A DNA stretch of 64,000 bases from an uncultured Acidobacteriota bacterium (lineage in GTDB: Bacteria; Acidobacteriota; Vicinamibacteria; Fen-336), in NCBI GenBank assembly GCA_963724555.1, contig CAVRVE010000006.1:110517-174516 (forward strand). Reading direction: 5' to 3'. Shown piece by piece: positions 54,338-64,000 of this stretch (its first letter is position 1; every line of letters starts with the position of its first letter). A program made the translations under genes and the position numbers. The notes under the pieces were generated by a model. That model saw only the letters and a program-made list of their open reading frames with translations. It was not told the origin of the DNA and did not search any database.

Positions 54338-55168
54338 TCAGCGCCGCACGGGCAGGTCGTAGAGCACAGCCGCCTCGCCGTGCGCGGCGATCAGGCGGTC
54401 GTAGTGGGCGACGATGCGGTCGCGGCGTCCGAGCAATCCCTCGATCTGGTCCATGCTCAGCAGGCCGCCCGCGCGCGTCTTGAGCGTCGGCTCGTCGAGC
54501 TTGCGCAGCGCCGCCAGCAGCCGGCGCGGGCAATTCTCCGGAAGCTGTTTTTCGTCCTGGAGGTCCTTGAATACCTTGAAGGCGCGCGTGTGGTCGGTCA
54601 TCCAGAGCTTCCAGCTCTTGTCGATCAGCAGGTTGCCGGGGCTGCGGTCGAAGTTGAAGATGAGCTGGTCGAAGATGCGCACCACGTGCACCTGGCGGTT
54701 CCACGCCTCCACGTCCGGAGCCTCCTGGCGCTTCTCCTTGCGCTCCCTTTCGGTCATGAGCCGGTTGTCGAGGCCCCAGGTGAACGCACCACGCTGGGCG
54801 TTGTAGTCGCGGATCACCGTCACCGGGACCATGCCGAGCCCGAGCAGGCGGTCGAGGCGATAGGCCGCCACGTCGTTGCGCCAGCTGTCGCGGAAGTCGA
54901 GCCCGGTCGTCGACCTGGGCGTGCGCTCGGGGCTCGACTCGTCGATGACCTGGACGAAGGCGTCGTGCGTCACGCTGCCGCGGCTGAGCGTCGCCCGCAG
55001 CGAGCCCGTGATGGCGCCGGCCCCGGGCGCCCGGCGCGCGCGGACCACCTGCGCCTCCAGCAGGAACTGCTCTCGATCGGCATCCCTGGCGGGCTGGGCC
55101 CTCACGTCGGCCGACGCCACGACGGCGACCTCCAGCAGCGTCAGGACCGGGAGCAGGCGAAGGCGCAT
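54338..55168 (-). CDS. secreted hypothetical protein with an atypical-kinase-like FNFDRSPGNLLID segment
   Basis: Signal peptide MRLRLLPVLTLLEVAVVASA. 276 aa. The D-R…N…D spacing resembles the catalytic loop of PI3/4-kinase-fold or HipA/CtkA-like kinases. This is weak, motif-only evidence. Confidence 0.55.
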   Translation of the reverse strand: MRLRLLPVLTLLEVAVVASADVRAQPARDADREQFLLEAQVVRARRAPGAGAITGSLRATLSRGSVTHDAFVQVIDESSPERTPRSTTGLDFRDSWRNDVAAYRLDRLLGLGMVPVTVIRDYNAQRGAFTWGLDNRLMTERERKEKRQEAPDVEAWNRQVHVVRIFDQLIFNFDRSPGNLLIDKSWKLWMTDHTRAFKVFKDLQDEKQLPENCPRRLLAALRKLDEPTLKTRAGGLLSMDQIEGLLGRRDRIVAHYDRLIAAHGEAAVLYDLPVRR

Positions 55169-55177
55169 CGGGCGTCC

Positions 55178-55549
55178 CTAGTGGCGCGTCTCGAGCGCCT
55201 TCTCGATGGCCGACACCAGCTCCTCCTCGTCGATTGGCTTGAACAACACGTCCACCGCGCCCGCCTCGAGCGCCTGGCTGCGCACGGCCTCGTCGCCGTG
55301 GCCGGTGATGAAGACGACCGGCAGCGCGCGCGACGTGCCGGCGATGGCGCTCTGCAGCTCGAAGCCGCTCATCGTCGGCATCCGGATATCGAGCACGATG
55401 CAGGCGGGCAGCGAGGGCGCGGGGGACGCCAGGTAACCCGCCGCGTCCGGGAACGACTCGACGTCGTACCCCGCGGCCCGGATCAGGCGCTGCAGGGCCT
55501 TGCGGACCGAAGCGTCGTCGTCGACGAGAAAGACGGTCCCGCGAGTCAT
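55178..55549 (-). CDS. single-domain response regulator (receiver only)
   Basis: Start MTRGTVFLVDDDASVRKAL is an internal Met of track ORF 55178..55762. The phospho-acceptor region is IVLDIRMPTMSG. The gene is divergent from the histidine kinase gene. Confidence 0.7.
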   Translation of the reverse strand: MTRGTVFLVDDDASVRKALQRLIRAAGYDVESFPDAAGYLASPAPSLPACIVLDIRMPTMSGFELQSAIAGTSRALPVVFITGHGDEAVRSQALEAGAVDVLFKPIDEEELVSAIEKALETRH

Positions 55550-55592
55550 CCGCGTGCTCAGACGTAACCTCTCACTTGTCGAGCCCGTTGGG

Positions 55593-55611
55593 TATTGGAC
55601 CAACGTCCTAT
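55593..55611 (+). promoter_or_regulatory. site D of the dyad motif: TATTGGAC-CAAC-GTCCTAT between the divergent RR (-) and histidine kinase (+) genes
   Basis: Same GGAC/GTCC arms and flanks as sites A-C, with a different 4 nt spacer. Confidence 0.4.
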
Positions 55612-55664
55612 GCGCTACTATTCGGCACGGTCGGGAGCCAGGAAGCCACCGGCCTGTATCCGAG

Positions 55665-58290
55665 ATGCCTGAAGGGCAGGCCGAAGGCCGATCCGGGATC
55701 GCGCCCCACGCGCGCTCGCCCCTCGCCCAGGGCGCGCGGCTGGCCCTGGCAGTGGCCGCCACCTACTACCTGGGTGCGCAGATCGGAGCCCTGCTGCGGT
55801 TTCCTCCGGCCGTCACCTCCGTGATCTGGCCGCCCAACTCGCTCCTGACGGCAGCGCTGCTGCTGACACCTCCCACGCGCTGGTGGCTCTGTCTCGCTGC
55901 TGCGTTTCCGGCGCACTGGCTCGCCCTGGCGCAAGCGGGATTCGCGCCGGCCTTCGTCGTCACCCTCTTCGGGACAAACTGCCTGGAGGCGGTCGTGGCC
56001 GCGGGCCTCGTGCGCGCGTGGAGCGACGACCCGAACCGCTTCGACAGCCTGCAGCGGGCGCTCGCCTTCGTCGGCGGCGCGGTCGTGCTGGGGCCGCTCG
56101 TCTCGACGTTTCCCGACGCGGCCGCAGTGAACTACTTCCAGGGCGACCCCTACGGCCTCGTCTGCATCCGGCGCCTGCTGTCGAACAGCCTCAGCCAGCT
56201 GACGCTGGTGCCGTCCGCCGTCCTGCTCGTGCGCCAGGGGCCCGCGTGGCTGCGCGCTTCCACGCGCCGCAAGCGTCTCGAGGCGACGCTCCTGGCGGTG
56301 GCGCTCGTGACCGTGGGCTGGATGGTCTTCAGCGACTCCCAGCGCGCGCATCCGTTCCTGCCCGGGGGGCCCTACACGGCGCTGCCGTTCCTGATGCCGC
56401 TCATCATCGTCTCGGCGGTTCGCTTCGGGCCGTTCGGCGCGAGCCTCTCGCTGCTGGTCACGGCGCTGCTCGCGATCGGCACCGCGCTGTCGGGCCGCTC
56501 GCCGCTCACCGACCTGCCGGCCGAGCAACGGGTCATGGCGCTGCAGGTGTTCCTGATCGTGGTGGGCGTGCCGCTGCTCTTCGTGAGCGCGCTCATGAAG
56601 GAGCGTGCCGAGATCGCCGACACGCTGCGGCAGCGGCTTCGCTTCGAGGAGCTGCTCTCCCAGCTCTCGGGGGCGTTCGTCCACCTGCCCAGCCACAAGA
56701 TGCACTTCGAGTTCCAGGCCTCGCTCGAGCGGCTCGCCAGGTTCTTCGAGCTCGACGCGTGCGGGCTCTGGCTGCTCACGCGCCGGGGCCGGGCGTTCGA
56801 GCCGGTGGCCTGGCACGGACCGAGCGCGAGCCGCGCACCCTCGCACGTCGGGCAGGAGTCCTTCGGATGGTGCGCCGAACGCATCATGAGCCAGCTGCCG
56901 ATCGTGAGCTCGGACGTCGAGGCGCTGCCGACGCTGCCGGAGGAGCGGGAGCGTCTACGGCGCATGGGCGCGCGGTCGCTGCTGGCACTGCCGCTCGTGG
57001 CAGGCGGCGAGGTGCTCGGCGGCCTGGCGCTCGTCTCGACCACGACGCACCGAAGCTGGCCGGAGCCGGTGGTGGCGAACAGCCGGCTGGTCGCCGACGT
57101 CCTGGCCGGGGCGCTCGCGCGCATGCTCGCCGAGGACGCGCTTCGCGCCAGCGAGAGCATGAAGTCGGCCGTGCTGTCGTCGCTCACCAGCCTGGTGGCC
57201 GTGCTCGACCGCGACGGCCGCATCATCGCGGTCAACGAGAGCTGGACGCGCTTCGGTCGCCTGCACTCGACGGCCGCGAGCATCGTGGGCCCCGGCGAGA
57301 GCTATCTCGACGTCTGCCGCCGCGCGGCCGACAACGGCGACGAGCTCGCGCGCGAGGCGCTCGACGGCATCCAGGACGTGCTCGAGCGCGGCCTTCCGAG
57401 CTTCAGCCAGGACTACGGCTGCTCCGGCCCGGACGGCGAGCGCTGGTTCCACATGACGGCCGTGCCGCTCGACCGGCCGGAGGGCGGCGCCGTCGTGTCC
57501 CACACCGACATCACCGAGCGCCGGGACGCGGAAGCGGAGGCCGACAAGAGCCGGCAGGAGCTCGCCCACTACCTGCGGGTGTCGACGATCGGCGAGATGA
57601 CGACCTCGATCGCCCACGAGCTGAACCAGCCGCTCGCGGCGATCCTGGCGAACGCCCAGACGGCCCGGAGGATCCTGGCCGCGCCGGCCACCGCCGACGG
57701 CCAGCGCGAGGTCCAGGAGATCATCGCCGACATCATCGACGAGGACCGGCGCGCCGGCGAGGTGATCCGGGGGCTGCGCGAGCTGCTTCGCAAGGGCGAG
57801 GGCACGCAGGAGGAGCTCGACGTGAACGCGCTGGTGCGCGGCGTCCTGCGCCTGCTCGGCAACGACGTGATGCTGCGCGGGGTCAGCATGCGCTCGGAGC
57901 TCACGGATGAGGCGCTCACCACCCGCGGGGACCGCGTCCAGCTGCAGCAGGTGCTGCTCAACCTGGTGGTGAACGCGCTCGAGGCGCTGGCCGAGACCGA
58001 CGGCGACCGCCGGATCGGGATCCGCACCGAGCGGGCTGCCGGGGGGAATGGTCCGGGTGTCCGTCGAAGACACGGGGCCGGGGCTGCCCACGCCCGTACG
58101 GCACGAGATCTTCAAGCCCTTCTTCACGACCAAGGCCAAGGGCATGGGCATGGGCCTCTCGATCGCACGGTCGATTCTCGGAGCGCACGGCGGCACGATC
58201 TCCGTCGACGCGGACCGGGAACGCGGCGCGCGCTTCACCTTCACGCTGCCGCTCGTCGAGGCGCGGCCAGACCACGCCAGGGCGCCGTAA
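55665..58290 (+). CDS. sensor histidine kinase: MASE1-like membrane domain, GAF, PAS, HisKA, HATPase_c; apparent frameshift near 58040
   Basis: ATG at 55665 in frame with track ORF 55500..58334. Seven to eight N-terminal TM helices. The H-box is STIGEMTTSIAHELNQPL. The N, G1 and G2 boxes continue in the frame of ORF 58048..58290 (VSVEDTGPGLP…GMGMGLSIARSI) after a one-base shift in ggggggaatggtcc. Confidence 0.75.
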
Positions 58291-58408
58291 CACGACTTAG
58301 CCACCTTTGCGTGACCGACGCGTTCAGGTCCTGAGCGTTCGGTCCTGCGGGCGTCCGCGATCCGTTCACGGGCGAGCCCGGTGCTAGTATGGGGTCGGGG
58401 AAGAAGAC

Positions 58409-59028
58409 TTGGCTCAGCCGGGCACGCGTGTCTACCTCGTCGACGACGATGCCGGCGTGCGACGCGCGCTCACGCGCGTCCTGCGCCCGCGGGACATCAG
58501 ACGACCGCGTTCGGCACGGCCGAGGATTTCCTGATCGGCGTCGAGCTCGACGAGCTGCCCGCCTGCCTTGTCGTCGACCTGAAGATGCCCGGCCTGAGCG
58601 GGCTCGACCTCCAGGAGCTGCTGCTCGAGCGCGGCATCGAGCTGTCGCTCGTCTTCATCAGCGGCCGCGCCGACGTGCAGAGCGGCGTGCGCGCGATGAA
58701 GGGGGGAGCCGTCGACTTCCTGGAGAAGCCGGTCTCGGACGAGGCGCTGCTCGCCGCCGTGGAGCGCGGCCTCGAGCAGGACCGCGAGCGCCGCATCCGG
58801 CGCGCCGAGCGCGCGCTGCTGCAGGAGCGGCTCGGCACGCTCACTCCGCGCGAGCGCGACGTGTTCGGCCTGATCGTCACGGGCCTGCTCAACAAGCAGG
58901 TGGGCGCCCGGCTCGGGACCACCGAGAAGACCGTCAAGGTGCACCGCTCCCGCGTGATGCAGAAGATGGGCGCCCACTCGCTCGCGGAGCTCGTGCGCAT
59001 GGCCGACAAGATCGCCCATCGTCTATGA
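58409..59028 (+). CDS. FixJ/LuxR-family response regulator, apparent frameshift near 58495
   Basis: Putative TTG start. The N-terminus …TRVYLVDDDAGVRRALTRVLR is in one frame. The rest of REC (LVVDLKMPGLSGLDL) and the LuxR HTH (LTPRERDVFGLIVTGLLNKQVGARLGTTEKTVKVHRSRVMQKM) are in the frame of track ORF 58381..59028. Confidence 0.6.
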
Positions 59029-59068
59029 TGCCGGGCCGAGCGTCGCCTTTGCGGCGCGACCCGGCAGC

Positions 59069-60371
59069 ATGGAAACAAGCGTCGAAGCCGAACGCGAGCT
59101 GCGCCACGCCTGGTACGTCGCCATCGTCCTGATGGCGTGCAACACGCTGTCGTTCATCGACCGCCAGATCCTCGGCCTGCTGGTGACGCCGATCAAGCTC
59201 GAGCTCGGGATCAGCGACACGCAGATCGGCCTGCTGCAGGGGCTGGCGTTCGGCGTCTTCTACACGCTGCTCGGGATTCCGATGGGCCGCATCGCCGACA
59301 CGAAGAGCCGGCGCAACCTGGTGGCGGCGGGCATCTTCTTCTGGAGCCTGATGACGACACTCTGCGCGGGAGCGCGCAGCTTCGCCACGCTGTTCCTCGC
59401 GAGGATGGGCGTGGGCATCGGCGAAGCGACGCTCTCGCCGTCCGCCTTCTCGCTGCTCTCGGACTACTTCCCCAAGGCGCGGCTGGCGACCGCGCTCAGC
59501 GTCTTCTCGATGGGCATCTTCTTCGGCTCCGGGCTGGCCCTGATCCTGGGCGGGCTCATCATCGGCGCCGTCGGCTCCTGGCGGCTCACGTTCCTGATCG
59601 TCGGGCTGCCGGGCCTGCTGATGGCGCTCTTGGCCCTCACGATCCGCGAGCCGCCGCGCAAGGACCTGCTGCGTACCACGGGCGGCGAGCCGGCGCGGCT
59701 CCGCCTCGCGGACGTCGCGCGCGAGGTGAACGTGCGGCGCGCCTCGGTGGCAGGGATCTGCTTCGGCTTCGCGGCCCAGGCGCTCTGCAACTACGCCCAG
59801 CAGGCGTGGCTGCCGACCTACTTCGTGCGGCTGCACGGCTGGTCGCTGCGCCAGGCCGGCGTCACGCTCGGCGTCCTCTCTCTCGCCACCGGCCTCGTCG
59901 GGTCCGTACAGCGGCGGGCGGCTCGCGGACTACTGGCAGCGCCGCGGGATCGCCGAAGCGCCGCTGCGGGTCGGGGTGCTGGCGACGCTCTGCGCCGGCG
60001 CCTTCTTCACGCTGGCCTTGTCGATGCCGGCGCTCGAGGCGCAGCTCGCGCTCCTGGGCCCCGCCTTCTTCTTCCTCGCCATGCCGATCGGCAGCGTCTA
60101 CGCCTCGCTGCAGCTGATCCTGCCGAACCAGGTGCGCGGCCAGATCGGGGCGCTGCAGGTCTTCACGCTGAACCTCGGCGGCCTGATCCTCGGCCCCGCG
60201 CTGCCGGGAATGCTGAACGATTACGTGTTCCGCAGCGGGCAGATGATCGGCTGGTCGCTCGCGCTGACGGTCGGCACGGCGTCGCTCGTCTCGGCGATCC
60301 TGTTCTTCGCGACGTGGCGCCCCTACCGCAGGGACTACGCGCTGATGCACGGTGGCCATGGGCTCGCCTGA
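59069..60371 (+). CDS. MFS transporter (spinster-like), apparent frameshift near 59905
   Basis: N-terminal ten TM helices in the frame of track ORF 59069..60433. C-terminal helices (ATLCAGAFFTLALSMP…) in the frame of ORF 59976..60371. The junction has an extra G in gggtccgtacagc. Confidence 0.65.
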
Positions 60372-62509
60372 GCTCGTCCAGCTCGAGCGCCGGGGCGACG
60401 TCGCCGTCGTCCGCATCGACCATCCGCCCGTGAACGCGCTCGCGGAGCCGGTGCGGAGCGCGCTCGCCGCGGCCCTCGGTCGCCTGGCAGCGGATCCGGA
60501 GGTGCGCGCGGTCGTGATCACGGGCAGCGGGCGGACGTTCGCGGCCGGCGCCGACATCCGCGAGCTCGAGGCGGCGGTCCTCGACCACGCCGTCGAGCCG
60601 CCCGACTTCCACGGGCTGCTGCAGCTCGTCGAGGACTTCGCGCAGCCGATCGTGATCGCGCTCAACGGCACGGCGCTCGGCGGCGGCCTCGAGCTGGCGA
60701 TGGCCGGGCACTATCGCGCTGGCCGATCCCGAGGCGCGCCTGGGCTTGCCCGAAGTGAACCTCGGCATCATTCCAGGCGCGGAGGGAACGCAACGGCTGA
60801 CTCGCCTCGTGGGCGTCGCGAAAGCGCTCGAGATGGTGGTGGGCGGCAAGCCGATCGCGGCGGAGGACGCCCGCCGCGCCGGGCTCGTGGACGCCGTCCT
60901 CGACGGCGACGTCATCGAGAGCGCGGTCGTCTTCGCCCGCGACGCGGCACGGCGCGGCGCGCCACATCCCGCGGACCCGCGAGCGGACCGAGAAGCTCGG
61001 CGACGCCGCGTCGAACGGGCCGCTCTTCGCGGCGGCTCGCGAGCAGGCGCGCAAGACGCGCGCCCACCAGACGGCACCCCTCGCGGCGATCCAGGCGATC
61101 GCGGCCGCGGCGACGCTTCCCTTCGACGAGGGCTGCCGTCAGCGAGCGCGCGCTCGCGCTCGGCTGCGTGCGGTCCGAGCAGGCCCGGGCGATGCTCCAC
61201 GGGTTCCTCGCCGAGCGGAGCGCCGCCAAGCTGCCGGGACTCGCGGGAAGCGGAGCGCCGGCCGCGATCGAGCAGGTGGCGATCCTGGGGGCGGGCACGA
61301 TGGGCGCGTCGATCGCGATGGCCTGCGCCAACGCCGGCCTGCGCGTGAGCCTGAGCGACGGCAGCACGGAGGCGCTCACGCGCGGCTTCTCCACCATCCA
61401 GCGCAGCTACCAGTCGTCGGTGGATCGGGGGCGCCTGACGGCCGCCGCGGCCGCGGAGCGGTTCGCGCGGATCCGGAGCGTCTCGGGCTACGAGGGCTGC
61501 GCGTCGGCCGACCTCGTGATCGAGGCGGTCTACGAGAACATGACGATCAAGAAGGAGGTCTTCGGCGAGATCGGGCGTCGGGCGCGGCCCGGCGCCATCC
61601 TGGCCAGCAACACCTCGACACTCGACATCGACCAGCTCGGCGCGGTCTCGGGAGTGCCCGAGTCGGTCATCGGCCTGCACTTCTTCAGCCCGGCCCACGT
61701 GATGCGGCTCGTCGAGATCGTGCGCGGCGTGGCCACGGGCAAAGGTGTCGTCGCGGCTGCGCTCCAGTTCGCGAAGCGCCTCTCCAAGGTCGGCGTGGTC
61801 GTGCGCAACGCGCCGGGCTTCGTCGGCAACCGCATCATGTTCCCGTACATGTACGAGGCGCAGTTCCTGGTCGAGGAAGGCGCCTCGCCGGAGCAGGTGG
61901 ACCAGGTGCTCACGGACTTCGGCATGGCGATGGGCATCTTCGCGGTCGACGACATGGGCGGGCTCGACGTCGCCTGGCGCGTCCGCAAGGAGCTGCGACA
62001 GTTCGAGGGCGAGGATGGGCGCAAGCCCCTCGTCGCCGACCTGCTGGTCGAGCTGGGCCGTCTGGGTCAGAAGGTCCGCAAAGGCTGGTACCGCTACGGA
62101 GAGGATCGCAAGCCGATCCCGGATCCGGAGGTGATGGCGCTCGTGGAGTCGGTCGCACGCGCGCAACCGCATCGAGCGACGGTCGATCTCCCGCGAGGAG
62201 ATCCTCGAGCGGACGATCTACGCGCTCGTGAACGAAGGCGCGCGCGTGCTGGGCGAGGGCGTCGCCCAGCGTGCCGCGGACATCGACGTCATCTACCTGA
62301 CCGGCTACGGCTTCCCCGCCTTCCGCGGCGGCCCGCTCTACTACGCCGACAGCGTCGGGCTCGGCAAGATCCACGAGCGGCTGCTGGCCCTCCAGCGCGA
62401 TCACGGCCCGCGCTTCGAGCCGGCGCCGCTCCTCGCGCGCCTCGCACGCGAAGGCTCGAGCTTCCGCGAGCACGACCGGAGGCTCGAGGCGGCGGAGGCG
62501 CGCTCGTGA
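60352..62509 (+). CDS. bifunctional enoyl-CoA hydratase / 3-hydroxyacyl-CoA dehydrogenase (FadB/FadJ-like), at least four apparent frameshifts (~60715, ~60960, ~61135, ~62165)
   Basis: The crotonase fold (ALNGTALGGGLELAMAGHYR) and the NAD-binding motif GAGTMGASIAMA of the dehydrogenase are present. Segments are distributed over track ORFs 60352..62553, 60746..61348 and 62228..62509. Confidence 0.65.
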
Positions 62510-62540
62510 GCTCGAACGCGCCCGCGAGCCGCAGCGGCGC

Positions 62541-64000
62541 GTGCGGCCCGTGAACGTCGCGGCAGCCGACACCGCCGTGCGCCGAGGGCCGGACGGCGTC
62601 CTCTACCTGCAGTCGCGGCACACGCTCGGGCCCTACCCGAGGCGGATCACCGAACGGCTCGAGCACTGGGCCGAGCGCGCCGGCGATCGCGCCTTCCTGG
62701 CGCAGCGCGACGCCGCTTCCGGCTGGCGCACGCTCACGTACGCCGAGGCGCTCGCGGCGGTGCGGCGGATCGCGGCAGCGCTCCTCGAGCGGCGGCTCTC
62801 GGCCGAGCGGCCGCTCGTGATCCTTTCGGGCAACAGCATCGAGCACGCGCTGCTCGCGCTCGCGGCGATGCACTGCGGGGTGCCGTACGCCCCGCTCGCG
62901 ACGGCCTACTCGCTGCAGGCGCGCGACCACGCCACGCTGCGCCAGATCGTCGGCCGCCTGAGCCCGGGGCTCGTGTTCGCCGCCGAGGGCAGGGACTTCG
63001 AGCGGGCGCTCGCCGCCGTGCTGCCGGCGGGCGCGGAGCTGGTCACGTCCGTGTCGGCGCCCGAGGCGATGCGCGCGACCCCGTTCACGGCGCTCGCCGA
63101 GACCGAGGTCACGAGCCGCCGTCGACGAGGCGCGCGCGAAGGTCGGGCCCGACACGATCGCGAAGATCCTCTACACCTCGGGCTCGACCGGCCGGCCGAA
63201 GGGCGTCGTCAACACGCAGCGAATGCTCTGCTCCAATCAGGCGATGCTCGAAGCCGTGTTCCCGTTCCTGGCCGAGGAGCCGCCCGTGCTCTGCGACTGG
63301 CTGCCCTGGAACCACACGGCTGGCGGCAACCACAACTTCGGCATCGTGCTCCACCACGGCGGCACGCTCTACATCGACGAAGGCCGTCCGCTGCCCGGCC
63401 TCTTCGACGCGACGGTCCGGAACCTGCGCGAGGTCTCCGCCACGGCGCACTTCACCGTGCCGCGCACCTACGAGATGCTGCTGCCGCACCTGCGCGCGGA
63501 CCCGGTGCTGCGCGAGCGCTTCTTCGCGAAGCTCAAGCTGTTCTTCTACGCCGCGGCCGGCCTGACGCAGCGGGTTTTCGACGAGCTCCAGGGATTGGCG
63601 GTCGAGAGCTGCGGCGAGGAGCTGCTCTGGGTGACCGGCATGGGCGCCACCGAGACCGCGCCCTTCGCGCTCTGCACCGCCCGCGCCGGCGCCTGGACCG
63701 GCTTCCTGGGCTTTCCCGTCCCGGGCCTGGAGCTCAAGCTGGCTCCCGTGGCCGAGAAGCTCGAGGCGCGCGTGCGCGGCCCGAACGTCACCCCGGGCTA
63801 CTTCGGGGACGACGCCCTCACGAAGGCGGCCTTCGACGCGGAGGGCTTCTACCGGCTGGGCGACGCGATGCGCTGCGTCGACGCGGGCGATCCCGCGAAG
63901 GGGCTCGTCTTCGACGGCCGGCTCGCCGAGGACTTCAAGCTCTCGACGGGGACCTGGGTCCACGTCGGCGCGCTGCGCGCGCGGATCCTGGCGCTCGGGG
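62541..64000 (+). CDS. AMP-dependent acyl-CoA synthetase, feruloyl-CoA-synthetase-like; 3' partial, apparent frameshift near 63115
   Basis: GTG start. The N-terminus is …GPDGVLYLQSRHTLGPYPRRITERLEHWAERAGDRAFLAQR. The AMP-binding motif ILYTSGSTGRPKGV follows after a one-base shift in acgagccgccgtcgac. The ORF is open to the end of the window. Confidence 0.65.
   Translation, partial: MRPVNVAAADTAVRRGPDGVLYLQSRHTLGPYPRRITERLEHWAERAGDRAFLAQRDAASGWRTLTYAEALAAVRRIAAALLERRLSAERPLVILSGNSIEHALLALAAMHCGVPYAPLATAYSLQARDHATLRQIVGRLSPGLVFAAEGRDFERALAAVLPAGAELVTSVSAPEAMRATPFTALAETEVTSRRRRGAREGRARHDREDPLHLGLDRPAEGRRQHAANALLQSGDARSRVPVPGRGAARALRLAALEPHGWRQPQLRHRAPPRRHALHRRRPSAARPLRRDGPEPARGLRHGALHRAAHLRDAAAAPARGPGAARALLREAQAVLLRRGRPDAAGFRRAPGIGGRELRRGAALGDRHGRHRDRALRALHRPRRRLDRLPGLSRPGPGAQAGSRGREARGARARPERHPGLLRGRRPHEGGLRRGGLLPAGRRDALRRRGRSREGARLRRPARRGLQALDGDLGPRRRAARADPGAR

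Overview
This window is a 64 kb chromosomal segment from a high-GC (~70%) bacterium. Coding density is high, with about 50 protein-coding genes on both strands. I found no rRNA, tRNA, CRISPR array, transposase or integrase. Gene content, in order: a 5'-truncated sulfatase; an RND efflux pair (adaptor, AcrB-like permease); a TetR regulator followed by a DevCAB/MacAB-like ABC exporter (permease, ATPase, HlyD adaptor); a small outer-membrane beta-barrel; a HExxH zinc metalloprotease; MarC; a HEAT-repeat protein; a YfhO-like membrane protein; an MFS transporter; an ECF sigma/anti-sigma pair with two co-transcribed membrane proteins, one carrying a double zinc ribbon; a ~1100 aa TolB-propeller/amidohydrolase periplasmic protein; a DUF885 protein; a Na+/solute symporter; cytochrome c' plus a diheme cytochrome c; an orphan PilN/PilO-like trio; MltF; a complete Bat/aerotolerance operon (MoxR, lipoprotein, DUF58, DUF4381, BatA, BatB-TPR, BatD) preceded by a secreted HAD hydrolase; a receiver-only response regulator; a second ECF sigma next to a ~1200 aa DUF11/Calx-beta surface protein with an M19-dipeptidase-like domain, a small secreted protein and an ECF-type Ser/Thr kinase; pirin; a LuxR response regulator; a Tat aldo/keto reductase; a second OM beta-barrel; a secreted hypothetical protein; a divergent RR/MASE1-GAF-PAS histidine kinase pair; a FixJ-type RR; an MFS transporter; a FadB/FadJ-like bifunctional enzyme; and a 3'-truncated feruloyl-CoA-synthetase-like ligase. 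Notable non-coding structure: (i) a palindromic motif TATkGGAC-N4-GTCCnATA at four promoter regions beside response-regulator genes; (ii) a near-identical GC hairpin after three + strand genes; (iii) a candidate TetR operator/promoter between the two efflux systems. Many genes, especially after 43 kb, carry apparent single-base frameshifts in G/C runs. These are most likely sequencing or assembly errors and affect gene models throughout. All coordinates follow the supplied ORF-track frames; internal starts are my own calls and may be off by a codon.
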